A DNA stretch of 47,734 bases from Proteromonas lacertae. Its lineage: Eukaryota. A program made the translations under genes and the position numbers. The notes beneath the pieces were generated by a model. That model had not been told where the DNA came from and made no database searches. It saw only the letters and a program-made list of their open reading frames with translations. How positions within the stretch are numbered: position 1 is the first letter of the stretch; every line of letters begins with the position of its first letter. This document shows positions 1 to 12,959 of the stretch, one piece after another. The stretch is taken from positions 62,001-109,734 of the forward strand of contig NGBS01001182.1 of NCBI GenBank assembly GCA_002245135.1. Direction: 5' to 3'.

Positions 1-3000
1 ATTTAAGGACATATAAAACAAATTCCCTTTACTATTTTCCAAACTAAAACACTTTAAAATATTATCATTTTCATCAATCAGTAAATTGTTCTTTATATGA
101 TAATTATATATAATATAATTCACTATACCTATTGTTACACTGGATATGATGTTGTTATCTAAATAAATATCTAATTGAAATAGAGAGCTACAATTTAAAT
201 TATCAAATCTATTATGAATATATATTTAAATAATTTCTATATACATTATTTTGCAAATATGATCTTGTTTTTCAAATTTATATGTAATAATATTTTTATA
301 ATTATTTCTATTGTTATTAATAATGGTTTTATGATTGATAATATCAATTAATTGCATTCTAATTAGTGGAAAAGTTTCTCCACTGTTGATATTATTATTA
401 GATTTAACTATAACATCATCATCCACTCGATAATAAGCAGATTCAATTCCATTTTTATCTTTTAAAATAATTGGAATTTCTATCTCTTTATTAGATGGAT
501 ATATATAAATATTAGACTATTTAATAAAAATATAATAATAATATATATATATATATACAGTGGTAGTAGATGTTTTATAATATGCAAAATTATCACAAGG
601 ATCAATACATTTAATATGAATTGGAGAATTCAATATACTTTCATTCTCAGATGTTAATATATAAATATCATAATCTCCAATTTCATAGAAACGTAATGTA
701 AATTCATATATCAATTTGTCTTTATTTAATTTAATATCAATATTATTTGTTTGAGTTCCTGTTATATAACATTTTAAGTAATTATTTGTCAAGCTTATGA
801 CTCGATTATTATCTTTATCGTGTAAGTGTATTTCGAAAGTGTAGTTTTTATTTTTATAATATTCTTTTTCTATTTTTGGTTTTATTGTTGATTTATCCAA
901 GTCAATTTCACCATAAACACCTTCTATTAGATATGGACTTTCAGATATTGGCATTTTATTATAAAAAATGAATAATTTATATAATCCGATTTTTCTGAAT
1001 TTATAATTGATAATTATTTCATTTTTATTATTGATTGTGATAGAATAATCAGATTTATCAATATTTGGAATAAACTGAAGTTTATAATCTTCTAGTTTTG
1101 TATATTTAAATAATCTTAAATTCTTTAATGAAACAACAGTACAAGTATGAAATGAATGAATAGTACAAGGCGACTGTATTCCTCTAATCCCAACTATTAT
1201 AATAAATATAATCGTTATACTTTCATTTGATTGGATATTCATATTCTGTGGAATTTCTATAATAAACGGTGAATCTTTAATATTTTGAATTTGTGACAAA
1301 TTATCAACATCATCTTTATATTTCTTACTCATCGCTTTGATATAGATTTTAAGTGGATAATAAATAGTGGAAAATGTGTTATATTGAAAAGTATATTTCC
1401 CATTATTATGATCAATCAAACTAAATCCTATTTATAATTATTAATAATAATTTTAATATATATATATATTATACTATAAATATCATCATATTCTTCTTCT
1501 TTATTATTATTATCGATAACATTCCACGTATTGGTTTTATATAACAATTTCTCTCTTTCTTTCTCTTTATCATAACTATAAATTTCAATAGAAACATAAT
1601 CATCACCATTTGTTAAGTCTTTATTGCCATCACTAATGGCTTTTATCTCTATATTTACTAGTCCATCATTCACAACTATTAATAATAATAATATGTTATA
1701 TATATATATATACAAGGTTCTATTCCATTTCCACTAGCAATACACTTTATAGGTGACAGTATTGGTTCTTTTATTATATTTCTCAATACAATATCTTCAT
1801 CAATAAATCCAATTATTGTATGACTTCCTTTTGTTAATATTGTGTTGATTGTAGATGTATTCATTACGGTGAGTGTATGGAGTAACAGTGGAATGGTTTG
1901 GACGGAGTTTATATTGGGAATGCCAAGACGATTTTGGTTGTAATTACCCCAGACATACTATATATACATAATATAATAATATATATATATATATATATAT
2001 ATGTTATACAATATTTCCAGTATTACTAATTCCAATACAATGTTCTTCACCCATCACTGCTTTCATTATTTTCAACTCATTTATACCATTACCACTCACT
2101 TTCATTGGCAAACTATAAAACACCACATTATTGTTACCTAGGCCGATTTGACCATAATTGTTATAACCCCAACAGTATAAATCATACCCTTTAGTAATAT
2201 ATAGACTAGAAGCACCTCCACAGTTGATATAGATCACTTCTTCTGATGTGTGAATAAAAATAGGTTTATAAGAATTTTTTTCACCCCCATTTCCTAAACG
2301 GCCATATTTTCCAAAACCAAAACTGAAGATCCTTCCATCATTAGTGAGTACTAATGTATGGAAATCTGCACAAGATATTTGCTTAATTGAATAACATGTT
2401 AATTCTTCCACTAATGTGGGAATTCTTATCATATTTTCTTCTTTTGGGTTAATACAGCATTCACCATAAGTATTTCTACCAAAACAGAATATATTTTGTA
2501 ATGAGTTATTTGTTAGTATAAAATTAGTATGACTTCCTGAATAAATATCTCTAATTAAATACTTGAATTCTATTGGTTCAATTTTATAATCATAATTATA
2601 ATCAGTATATCTTCCTAACTCTCCATATTTGTTACTTCCCCATGTTAACCTAATATAGAATTAAAATTTGGTATATATACAACATATTGTTATTGGAAAG
2701 TGCCAAGGAGTGTTCATTTCCACAACTTACTTTAACAATTAAATATTTACTCAATGGAGGTAAAATTACAGGTTTGTTATAGATTTTGTCTTTATTTGGT
2801 AATGCTAATTCACCATTCTTGTTACAACCCCAACCATATACTGTACCTTCATCTGTACAAGCTAATGAATGAAATGATGAAGTACTAATATCAATTATAT
2901 TTAAATTCTATTAAAATTTTGATTTAATATACATATATATACTGATAACTCATTGATTATGACAGGTTTAGACACTGGAGCAGTTGTACCAACACCACAA

Positions 3001-3479
3001 CATCCATCTTCATTCCATCCCCAACTATAAAATGAAGATTTTGGTGTTGGTTTTTCTCTTGATGAGTTTCGTCTAATTGGACCACCATATAACTTAGAAG
3101 TAATTCCATTAATTTCATCTGGAGCTTTTGGAGTTAATATTCTATGATTTGTAGGGATTTGACTAGAAATGGGTATTGAACATTGTTTGTTTGATAATTT
3201 TCCAAAATCTGAATATCCATGACCTAAGAAAATAATATTTATATATTATAAATACCAACATTGACTTGTGTGAGAAACAATTCTTCAGCTGTATCTGGTA
3301 CTAATTGTCTCATTGCGGAAAATGAAGATTTTGGACGAGCTTTATATGATAACCCTATTAAAACATTTATATCATCTACAAAATACTCAGTTTTCGTGGA
3401 TCAAATCCAGCTCCAGAGCTTGTCTGTGGTCTACCATATTCTAAGCAATATTTTATAATTCCAAAAAGATACTATTCAT
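1..3479 (-). CDS. Multi-exon RCC1-repeat plus filamin/Ig-like repeat protein; 3' end runs off the window start
   Basis: Spliced reading from ATG 3479 (MNK-YGRPQTSSG..., ~30-nt introns). RCC1 repeats include FYSWGWNEDGCCG, ISCADFHTLVLTNDGRIFSFGFGKYGRLG and LYCWGYNNYGQIG. Filamin-like motifs DHNNGKYTFQY, PISESPYLI and ILNSPIHI lie in ORF 517-1419. Confidence 0.8.
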
Positions 3480-3571
3480 CACAAACGTTACACTTTAAAA
3501 TAAAACTTTTCGATGACCACAAATTTGACTAAGGCTTGATTACTTTTTAAAATCCTATTTTTTGTGTAAAA

Positions 3572-4609
3572 ATGTCATGTGCAGACACTTTAGAGATTAT
3601 TTTGAGAATGGGAATGTCGACAGACAAATACCCGAGGGACTTAATACAATTGCCAACTCACAACGATGAATTAGAAGAAAAAGCGCCAGTAAAAGGTTAC
3701 CCACAAGTAACAAATATGACTTATGATTCAGCACCAAACACAGAAGATACAGAACGTTCTGACAATTTGATTGATTTACTTCCAGATCCAAAACCAATTA
3801 TAAAGCCAGATTTTACTTTTCATTACATTAAAATTGAATTACCGGCAGATACGCCATATATTTCAAATATATCTAAACCACCAATTCAACCTCCACCAAC
3901 AAGTAGTGGATCAATTTTCACTAGAACTTTTAATTCAATATTTGGATCATTTTCATCATCCAATCAGAATAAACACCCACCTCCACAACAACATCCACCA
4001 CCACCTCCACAACCTTCCCAAAATAAACCAATGTCTTCATCACAACCAATTAATCCTCAAATCAATCAAAATACTCCAATATTAGACTTTTTTGATGGAA
4101 AAATACCAGCTGCACCTTCTAATCTTACTGTCTTACAGGTTGTAAATAGTTTTCAATTAGATTTTGATTCTGCAAGAGATCATACACCTTGGATGTTCCC
4201 AGATGTGAATCAACCACAAATTAATAAAAACTGTCCACCAATAACGCAATATGAAATCAATCAATTCTCTGCTATTCCACAAAGAAAGAAATATTTTGAA
4301 CAAGCTTTGTGTAATAGTTTGACCTATTATGGATTTAGTTTGAATATTTCTGATCATTCTGTTTCTCAGACTGGTGATTGTGTTGCTAGAATCCAGCATT
4401 GGGGAGATACAGTTCATTTGGGAATGACATTTTCGAGAATTCTTAAAGCTGCGAATTATTTTGGTTATCAAGATATTACTGAGAATGTTTTACAGTGTTT
4501 ATGTCAATTATATCACAATAATTCAAGTATACAAAGCGCTATGAGTGGATATAATAAAAGTCTACAATTTTGGAAACCTTTATGTAGAAATCAAAATATT
4601 ATATATTAA
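3572..4609 (+). CDS. Opioid growth factor receptor conserved-region (OGFr_N) domain protein with Pro/Gln-rich N-terminus
   Basis: 345-aa ORF. DHTPWMFP, PPITQYEINQF, LTYYGF, FSRILKA and SLQFWK follow the OGFr_N pattern HDYIQWLFP...AP.LT..EI..F...FYG...ITRILKS...SL.YW. Confidence 0.7.
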   Translation: MSCADTLEIILRMGMSTDKYPRDLIQLPTHNDELEEKAPVKGYPQVTNMTYDSAPNTEDTERSDNLIDLLPDPKPIIKPDFTFHYIKIELPADTPYISNISKPPIQPPPTSSGSIFTRTFNSIFGSFSSSNQNKHPPPQQHPPPPPQPSQNKPMSSSQPINPQINQNTPILDFFDGKIPAAPSNLTVLQVVNSFQLDFDSARDHTPWMFPDVNQPQINKNCPPITQYEINQFSAIPQRKKYFEQALCNSLTYYGFSLNISDHSVSQTGDCVARIQHWGDTVHLGMTFSRILKAANYFGYQDITENVLQCLCQLYHNNSSIQSAMSGYNKSLQFWKPLCRNQNIIY

Positions 4610-4689
4610 TTTTTTGTCATAAATGGCTTTTATTAATGTTTTTATGGCTTATTTTGAATTGGTGTATTTTCGCGCCAAAAAATTCAAAA

Positions 4690-5549
4690 ATGATTTTATT
4701 CATCATAGTAAGATGCTTTTCTTGTCATATGTATCAGGTTATACAAGTATTTATTTTATAATTATTTTGAAGTAGAAAAATAAAGCTAACAAGTTCAGTT
4801 GCAAGATTTGTCATGAGAAACAATCAGTTCAGCATATATTTGCTCAGAGTTATGCTGCAAAAGATTGTAGAGCAGAAGTGATGAGAATGAATATGTCACA
4901 AGGAGAAGAATTAGAAAATCCAGTAACACCTCCTAGAATAGAAGTAATAAGGCAATTACAAGAACCAGTTAATCAGGAATATTCCAAATGGAATAATTTA
5001 ATAGAAAAAGAAGATCCTACATCATTTTATCATCTAAATGAAACTAAAGAGAATGAAGAAATCAAGTTTGTCACTGCAGAACCAGAATTACCATTTAAGA
5101 GGAAAAGATACAACAATGAAAGAAAACAATATAAGTACAATAAGTATAATAGATATAACAAAAACAAAGAAAATATAATAGATGAAGAAGAAAATAGAAT
5201 TCAAAACGATAAACTCAGAGACACTAAACAATATAAATCTACATCATCACATTATACTAGTAATTATATAAATCATGATAATAATAAACCAATAGAAAAG
5301 ATTAAGATTAATAATAACATAAATATGAGTGTGAAAAAGCCAACAGTGAATATAAATGAAGATAGTACTTTGACTAATGCTCTATTGCAATTAGTAAGTG
5401 ATGGATCATCATCTAATCAACAAATTTGTAATAATAATACTCATTTTGTTATTGATGATAATTTAGTTGTAGGAAATGATAATAATTTAACTGAAGAACC
5501 AAAATCTAAGATAATTAATCCAAATTCTAAATGGAATACATTTTTATAG
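4690..5549 (+). CDS. MRNIP: MRN complex-interacting protein (MRNIP/UPF0544 zinc-ribbon N-terminus)
   Basis: ATG 4690, 29-nt intron 4747-4775. Spliced N-terminus MILFIIVRCFSCHMYQVIQKNKANKFSCKICHEKQSVQHIFAQSYAAKDCRAEVMRMN matches the family; the C-terminus is SKWNTFL. Confidence 0.85.
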
Positions 5550-5619
5550 ACTTTTTTAATGTTTTGGGTTTATCAAAATTCTTTTCGGAAATATATTTTT
5601 TTGTTTTTCGGAATTCTTG

Positions 5620-6485
5620 ATGCAAGGCGAATTATTTGTTTATAATGATGAATTCAAACATGCAGCATTTAAATATGGAGATACTAATACAGTGATGCTT
5701 TTGATAGGAGGAATGTTTGGTGGTTTAATGACTTGTGATTATTGGATTCCGTTATCAAAAGCATTACTTGAACAAGGTATTTGTACTGTGCAATTCATCA
5801 TGTCTTCATCATATTCTCAATTTGGTAATTCTTCTTTGCAACAGTATATAATATTATTTTCATTATTCATTCTTAAATAGAGATGCAGAAGAAATAGAAA
5901 TGTTAGTAACATATTTATTAAACCATTACAAAATCGAAAAAATTCATTTGTTAGGTCATTCCACAGGTTGTCAAGATATAGTTAAATATTTATCTGTTAC
6001 AAAATACTCCAATTTAATTGGTTGTTGCTTTCTACAAGGTCCTGCTAGTGACAGAGAATCAGCATTAATGGATAGTAGTATAGAAGAGATAGAAAAATAT
6101 TTAAAAATAGCCAAAGAATATATTGATAAAAAAGAACTCAATAAATTAATGCCAAAAGAATGTTATTTTGTTCCAATCACTGCTTATCGATATTATTCAT
6201 TAAACTCAAAGTATGGAGATGATGATATGTTTTCAAGTGATTATTCAGATGAAGATTTTAAGAATATTTTTAAACATATACCGAAGAGTATAAAAGTAAG
6301 TTTTATTGAAAGTGAAAATGATGAATGTATTCCTGAGTATGTTAATAAAGTTGAATTAATTAAAAGAATGGCAAAGAGTGTAGAAAATGGCTATTGCTAT
6401 TTGTTGAAAGGAACTAATCATGGATGTTGATAGAAATAAAGAAGATTTGATAAAATATGTAATAGATTTTATAATGAATAAATAA
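5620..6485 (+). CDS. DUF1749 (UPF0613/SidJ-like) alpha/beta hydrolase
   Basis: Intron 5844-5880 joins SSLQQ-DAEEIEMLVTYL. GHSTGCQD nucleophile elbow, LQGPASDRE and GDDDMFSSD are present. A one-base frameshift near 6427 hides the C-terminus (NHGCDRNKEDLIKYVIDFIMNK*). Confidence 0.88.
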
Positions 6486-6519
6486 CACTTATTTTTATAT
6501 GAATGATATTTAAAGTATA

Positions 6520-7110
6520 TATATATATTCAACCATTTGAATATGTTTTTTTACACAATTTTTCAAAATAGTTTTTAACATTACTCAAGTTTTGCTTGAA
6601 ATAGATTTTTGAATTTTATCACTTAAATAGCTGATATAAAGGCCTTGTGATGTGCAAATATACTTTTGCACATCTAAAATATTAGTTTCATTATCTAAAT
6701 TACCCTAAGAAGGTGTATCACACTATATGTTGTAGTATTGCTGATATTGTCATATGAATATAACGATTAAAAGACATTATATCCACTTGGAGTATAATAT
6801 TAGAGTAATAGAGGTCATTAAAGAATATATGCTAGAGAGTAGATATATTAGTAGGATTATTGTTGGCAAATATTGATTCAGAGTAGATTAGATGATTGAC
6901 TAAATTTGCAACCGTATATTTGATATGCAGTGTGATGTATACAATGCCGAATATATTCCACAATATAACCATATATTCTGGTGCATGTAGATGATATAAA
7001 CATTTGCTGATAAAAATCATTGTAAATTATTTTGTTGTAAAGGATATGGATTAATCTGCTGTATAGAATGAGTAGTTCCTACTAGGCATATTATAATACC
7101 ATCCGAAGAG
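6520..7110 (-). pseudogene. Decayed coding-like tract, possibly a transposase (SWIM-type Cys/His) remnant
   Basis: No long ORF and many stops. Broken frames give TCTRIYGY..CGIY.RHCIH, reminiscent of a SWIM CxC...CxH finger. Weak. Confidence 0.22.
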
Positions 7111-7191
7111 TTTCAATTTAATGTATGTATATATAATTAATAATGATGTATAGGAAATAAGAATGAAAAAATAAAAATTTGAAAAATTTGA

Positions 7192-7846
7192 ATGTTGAAT
7201 AGTGTAGAGACACAGATAGCTTCAAAATCCCAGCAATTAGTATTGAAAACACCCATACAGTTTTTACAAGAGATTAAAAGAGATTCCATTGAAAACGTTG
7301 AAGTAGATATAGATATTCCATCGTCGCCTGTAATATATCATGAAAATACCGTTTTTAAATACATATTACAATGCATCTAATGATAATTTATCAAATAATT
7401 TTGATTCCAATGATGATTCAAACAAAGTAAAATGAAAATACTGAAGACAGGAAGTAGCAATATTATATCTACAAGATTTGGTGATATTAATGGTGATGAA
7501 ATAGCACAAAATCCATCAGTTTGTATTGAAAGGACTGGTAATGTAGTGAGAAGAAGAATTAATTTGACTTATTTTAAGAATAAACAATTTTTTAGAAGTA
7601 ATTGCATGAATAATGAAGTGATCAAACCAATACAAAAACCTAAAAGAGTAGGGAAGAAAAAGAATTAAAGTAATTTGTTCTACATGTAATAAGAATGTTG
7701 TTAAAGATGTAAAAAGTGATGGAAGACCATATAGAACATGTGAAAAATGTAAGGAAAGGAAAAAGAACAGCTATTTCAAGAAACATTTAAAAGATATTGA
7801 TAAATTTTTGAATTTGAAATTATGTGATGATGACAGTAACAATTAA
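7192..7846 (+). CDS. Hypothetical protein with C-terminal zinc ribbon, split by frameshifts or a small intron
   Basis: Consecutive ORFs 7192-7380 and 7432-7668, then a third frame ICSTCNKNVVKDVKSDGRPYRTCEKCKERKK... ending in TAA near 7846. Confidence 0.4.
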
Positions 7847-8308
7847 TATTATAAATAATTAAATTGTTATTATATATCTACTTTAACCTTTGCTTCTTTT
7901 AAACAATTATATACAGTTTCACAATCATTACATTTTATTCCTTTTATGATACATTTTTCATTATTAAAATGGACTATTTTCTTTTTTTGTACAGAACAGA
8001 AGCGAAATGAGCAATTTTTATTATTACAATAAAATGAATGTTTTATTTGAATTATCTCACGTATTTTCTACACATTATAATTTATATTATACATCTATTT
8101 TTGCTCTATCGATCTTCCAAGGTTGTAGCATTTCTTCTTCCTTTTCTAGATTATTTTCACTAGAAACATCAAAGGCATAATCCATTTATAATTATTAAAT
8201 TCGTCTTGATATACAGGTTAATGAGATAAAAACAATTAAAAAAAGGAGCAAAACTCTATTGAAAATTTTTAAACACCCCCAAAATAAAAATATTAAATAT
8301 ACAGAGCT

Positions 8309-8983
8309 CTAATTGAACTCAGCTTCCTTTTCACATAATTTTATCTTCCCAACAACACTTTCTACCTCCGGAACACTGTTAATCCTAGAAAACCATTCAG
8401 TAACATGATTAAAACCAGCTCTATACTCTGGATAGAAACAAAACATATATGGTTTTACCAACATACAAAACATACATACTATCAGCCATACTGAATGTAT
8501 TATCAACTAAATATTCTTTCTCTTTCAACTTTTCTTCTAAATATAGCATTTTTTCTTTCACATCAACTTTAGCATTTTCCACTATATCTTTAACATATGG
8601 TTGAGCACCAGCTACTATCTTTGCCCATACTATTGATGGATCTTCAAACTCATTTGCACACCAATCGAGAATTTCATCAATTTCTCCTGCACATAAAAAA
8701 TCTTTTCCATATAATTTCTTTTCTGGTTTTAATCTACATAAATATCTACATATTGCATTACTTTCTGTTAATACACCTTCATCAGTAACTAATGTTGGTA
8801 CTCTACCAACTGGATTCAATTTCAAATATTCTTCTGATTTATTACCTTCATTTCTCTTTATAAATTCCATATCTATTGGTATTTCGAGCAACTTTGCCAT
8901 TATTCTCACTTTATATCCTCTACTACTTGTATCAAATGTATAAAGCTTCTATTAGAATAATACAGTATTTTAAATCATACCAT
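8309..8983 (-). CDS. Glutathione S-transferase-fold protein, eEF1B-gamma N-terminal-like
   Basis: ATG 8983, then an intron, then KLYTFDTSSRGYKVRI. YLKLNPVGRVPTL, LTESNAICRYL, YLVDNTFSMAD and VTEWFSRI..VGKIKLCEK are present; frameshift near 8480. Confidence 0.85.
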
Positions 8984-9096
8984 GTGAATAAGACCAGAAC
9001 AGAAGAAACAAGAATTATGAAACGAATAGATATTTTGAAATATCGTTTGTGATATATATATCAATATATTATTCAATAACAACAAAACATTAAATA

Positions 9097-9842
<746 letters not shown>

Positions 9843-9909
9843 AATCGAAAAAACAAAAAATACACTAAATACATGTATTATCATTTTCTTTGAATTTAGA
9901 AAAGTATAA

Positions 9910-10362
9910 ATGTCTGAAGCAATTCTCTATCAATATATTCTAATGAGAAGAGTATTATTGATCAATTTATTGTATTAGGATTTGATAACAAAGCTGAACT
10001 GGCCATTAGGTGCTGTAGCTGTTCAAGCATGTCATGGTATAAATATTAATGCATATTGAATAGCCTGTATAGCTGCATTATGGAATAAAAAAGATTCAAC
10101 AGAAGTTGTAGAATATACAAAGAATATTGAAGAGTATAAAAGACACATCATAACATTTATGTAATGTAGTATGCATAAAATAATGTTGGAAATATCATCA
10201 GAAGAAGAACTTATAAAATACTCTCAAAAATTAACAGAAAAAGAAATATCTTACAAACTGTGGATTGAACAACCTGAAAATATACCAACATGTTTAGCAA
10301 CTGCTCCTTATACCAAAGATACATTAAAAAAACTATTTAAAGGATTAAAAATGTTCAATTAA
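9910..10362 (+). CDS. PTRHD1: Peptidyl-tRNA hydrolase PTH2-family protein (PTRHD1-like)
   Basis: Spliced (introns of 27, 27 and 36 nt): YQYILMRRDLITKLNWPLGAVAVQACHA...MHKIMLE...LWIEQPENIPTCLATAPY. Confidence 0.88.
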
Positions 10363-10382
10363 ATAGATTAACATAAATACTC

Positions 10383-11706
10383 TTAATTTTCCTCTTTATT
10401 TACTTTATACTATTTGTAAAATAGATAAAATAATTCATATACTTGCTTAAATGAAACATGTAAATCAATTCCACTGTATTCGATGTTAATTATTGCTCCG
10501 TAATTATCAAGTCCATGATATTTAGAAGCACTGAATATAGTTATTAGTTTATTTTACAATTACAATTAATAGAAACTAGTAAAAGAAGAATATATATTAA
10601 AAAAAAAATGATATATTATGAGTTATTTCATATCCATTTTCTTTATATTCATGACTTCTTATTATCATGTCTAAATTATTATGTTTCAAAAATTTATTCG
10701 TTTCATCTGGTCCAAATAATATACCTGCTCCTCGTGTATTATAATTTAAACCATTTAAATCAGATGGATCTGACCATAATAAATCATTAATAATTTCATT
10801 ATTTTCATCTTCAATTCTGTTTATTTTATTTATTTCATCTATTGTTATTTGATCATTATTATTACGGAATAAACCTCCATGACAAATAAAAAAACGATTT
10901 TCTAAAATTGAAGCGATTGGAATATAAGAATAAACATCTTTGAACAAATCAAAAATTTCTTTAGTTTTATACTTTTTCATTACTTCATCATAAAATCCAT
11001 AACGATAATTCAAATAATATTTTATTAAAGAATATATATTATTTTATTTTCACTGTTACTATATATATAAAAGATATTTTTTCATTTTCATGATTTCCTC
11101 GATTTAAATACACATCATTTGGATATAAAATATGTAATGAAAATAGTGTTAATAATACTTCCAATGACTGTTTTCCTCTATCTACAAAATCACCATTAAA
11201 TACATATGGAGTTTCTGAAGATGGTATACCATTGAATTCAAATATATGAAGTAAATCTTTAAACTCACCATGCAAATCACCTACTATTGTGAATTTTCGA
11301 CCTTTTGGATATAATACATTGGTTATATTTGGTCTGTTTATATTCATTTCTATTTTAAATTGTTCTTTGGCTGTTTCTATTATTGATTTTATGGTTCTAT
11401 TCTTTTATATATGTTTATAATACTTTTCATCTATTTTTTTGTTATTTTTAAAACATTCTATTAAATTATTCACAAATTCTTGAGTGTTAGAATAAGAAAT
11501 TTCACATTTGGGTAAAATTCTAAGTGATTCCAGTGTAATTATATCATCATCACATAATATATTACTCATTATAATGAACAGAACTAATATATTCATCATA
11601 TAATTCATATTTCGTAAGAAAATGAGAAAAATATAATGAAATAGTTTGGCTTGAATGCTTGAGATAGTCAAACCTATTTAATAATAATCTTTCAATTTAC
11701 ATCATA
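10383..11706 (-). CDS. PPP-family Ser/Thr protein phosphatase (PP5/PP7-like catalytic domain)
   Basis: GDLHG, GDFVDRG, RGNHE, CHGG, DLLWSDP, IIRSHE and TIFSAS motifs across exons. The 5' end is uncertain. Confidence 0.88.
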
Positions 11707-12441
11707 ATGTATGTTTTAGTCTATTAAATGTTAAAGAAAACAAGTAATAGTGATAATGTATATATGATGATGATTATTTATAATATATAGAAGCTTTTTG
11801 AGAGTGTTTATAACATATTTTGTAAAAGTAAATTGAAATGATTTTTTACATTTATTTATAGTTCATGGGTGTTGCTGTTATTTAATCATAGCTACTATTA
11901 TTGTTTCTATTAAATAAATTGGAACTATAATAAGTATATGGAAGTAGAACATCAGTAAATAATACTGTGAAGCTAATATATACATCTTTTTTATGAATAT
12001 TAGTGATTCTTCTACAATTAACATTTTCAGTTGGATTTTTCTGCTATATAACCAATGTATTCCATCTCAGATTGATATTTTGGCGTAGTTTAGTTTAACT
12101 ATGAGATAAAACTAGTTATCCATATCCTGTTGAAGGGATATTCAATACATTTGTATGATATAGGAGGATAAAAGTAGGATTTGGAGTTGTTATGTGATAA
12201 TGAATGAGTTAGTAGTATTATTTAAAGGCTTTTACTATTTTTGGTGTAATGATTTCTAGATTATCCTAATTGCTCCTAGTCATGATTATAGATATTTTTT
12301 ATTACATTTGTCTAATCATTAGTAAGTTCCTATAAAAAGAGTAGTAGATAGATACAATTTTTATAAAAATTTATAAGTTAAATGGACCATTCAATTTTCA
12401 TTTTGATTGGTTAGCTAAAGTTTTCTAGATTATTCATTAAG

Positions 12442-12934
12442 ATGGGTAGAGTGGTGTTTATAGCACGTCTCAAAGAAATAATAGCAAAGTATCGTAACGT
12501 TATAAGAATATATAACGTATATAAAAATATAATGTATGTTAATTGAGTGTGTATAGGATAAATATTTGGTTATAAAGGACTTTACAACCTTTCAAAATAG
12601 ATATCGAAGAGTAGCAGAATGTGATATAAAAAAGAAGTCACTCTTCAAGCAATTCAATAATTACTACTTTAATAACATAGACACTTCGAATATGAGAGAT
12701 GGATATATTAAACGATATGAGAAGGTGTATAGACTGGAGTATGATGATCCAGACGTTACTGTTACTGAATTTCTGGCTAATCCTCGTCGTAAGTTGGCCA
12801 AAAGAAATGAAGCAGTAAATAATCAAATTTCTGATGTATCTGAACTAGAAAAACTAGATATAGAAAAGTTATTTGGAGATGATATATTTGGTGAAAAAGA
12901 GGAATTATTACCACCAGATGATGGTAATTATTAA
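12442..12934 (+). CDS. Hypothetical protein (two exons)
   Basis: ATG 12442 (MGRVVFIARLKEIIAKYRN); a GT-AG intron joins in frame to ORF 12566-12934. No family recognised. Embedded in decayed DNA. Confidence 0.55.
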
Positions 12935-12959
12935 CTATACAATTATTGATCTTGCATGA

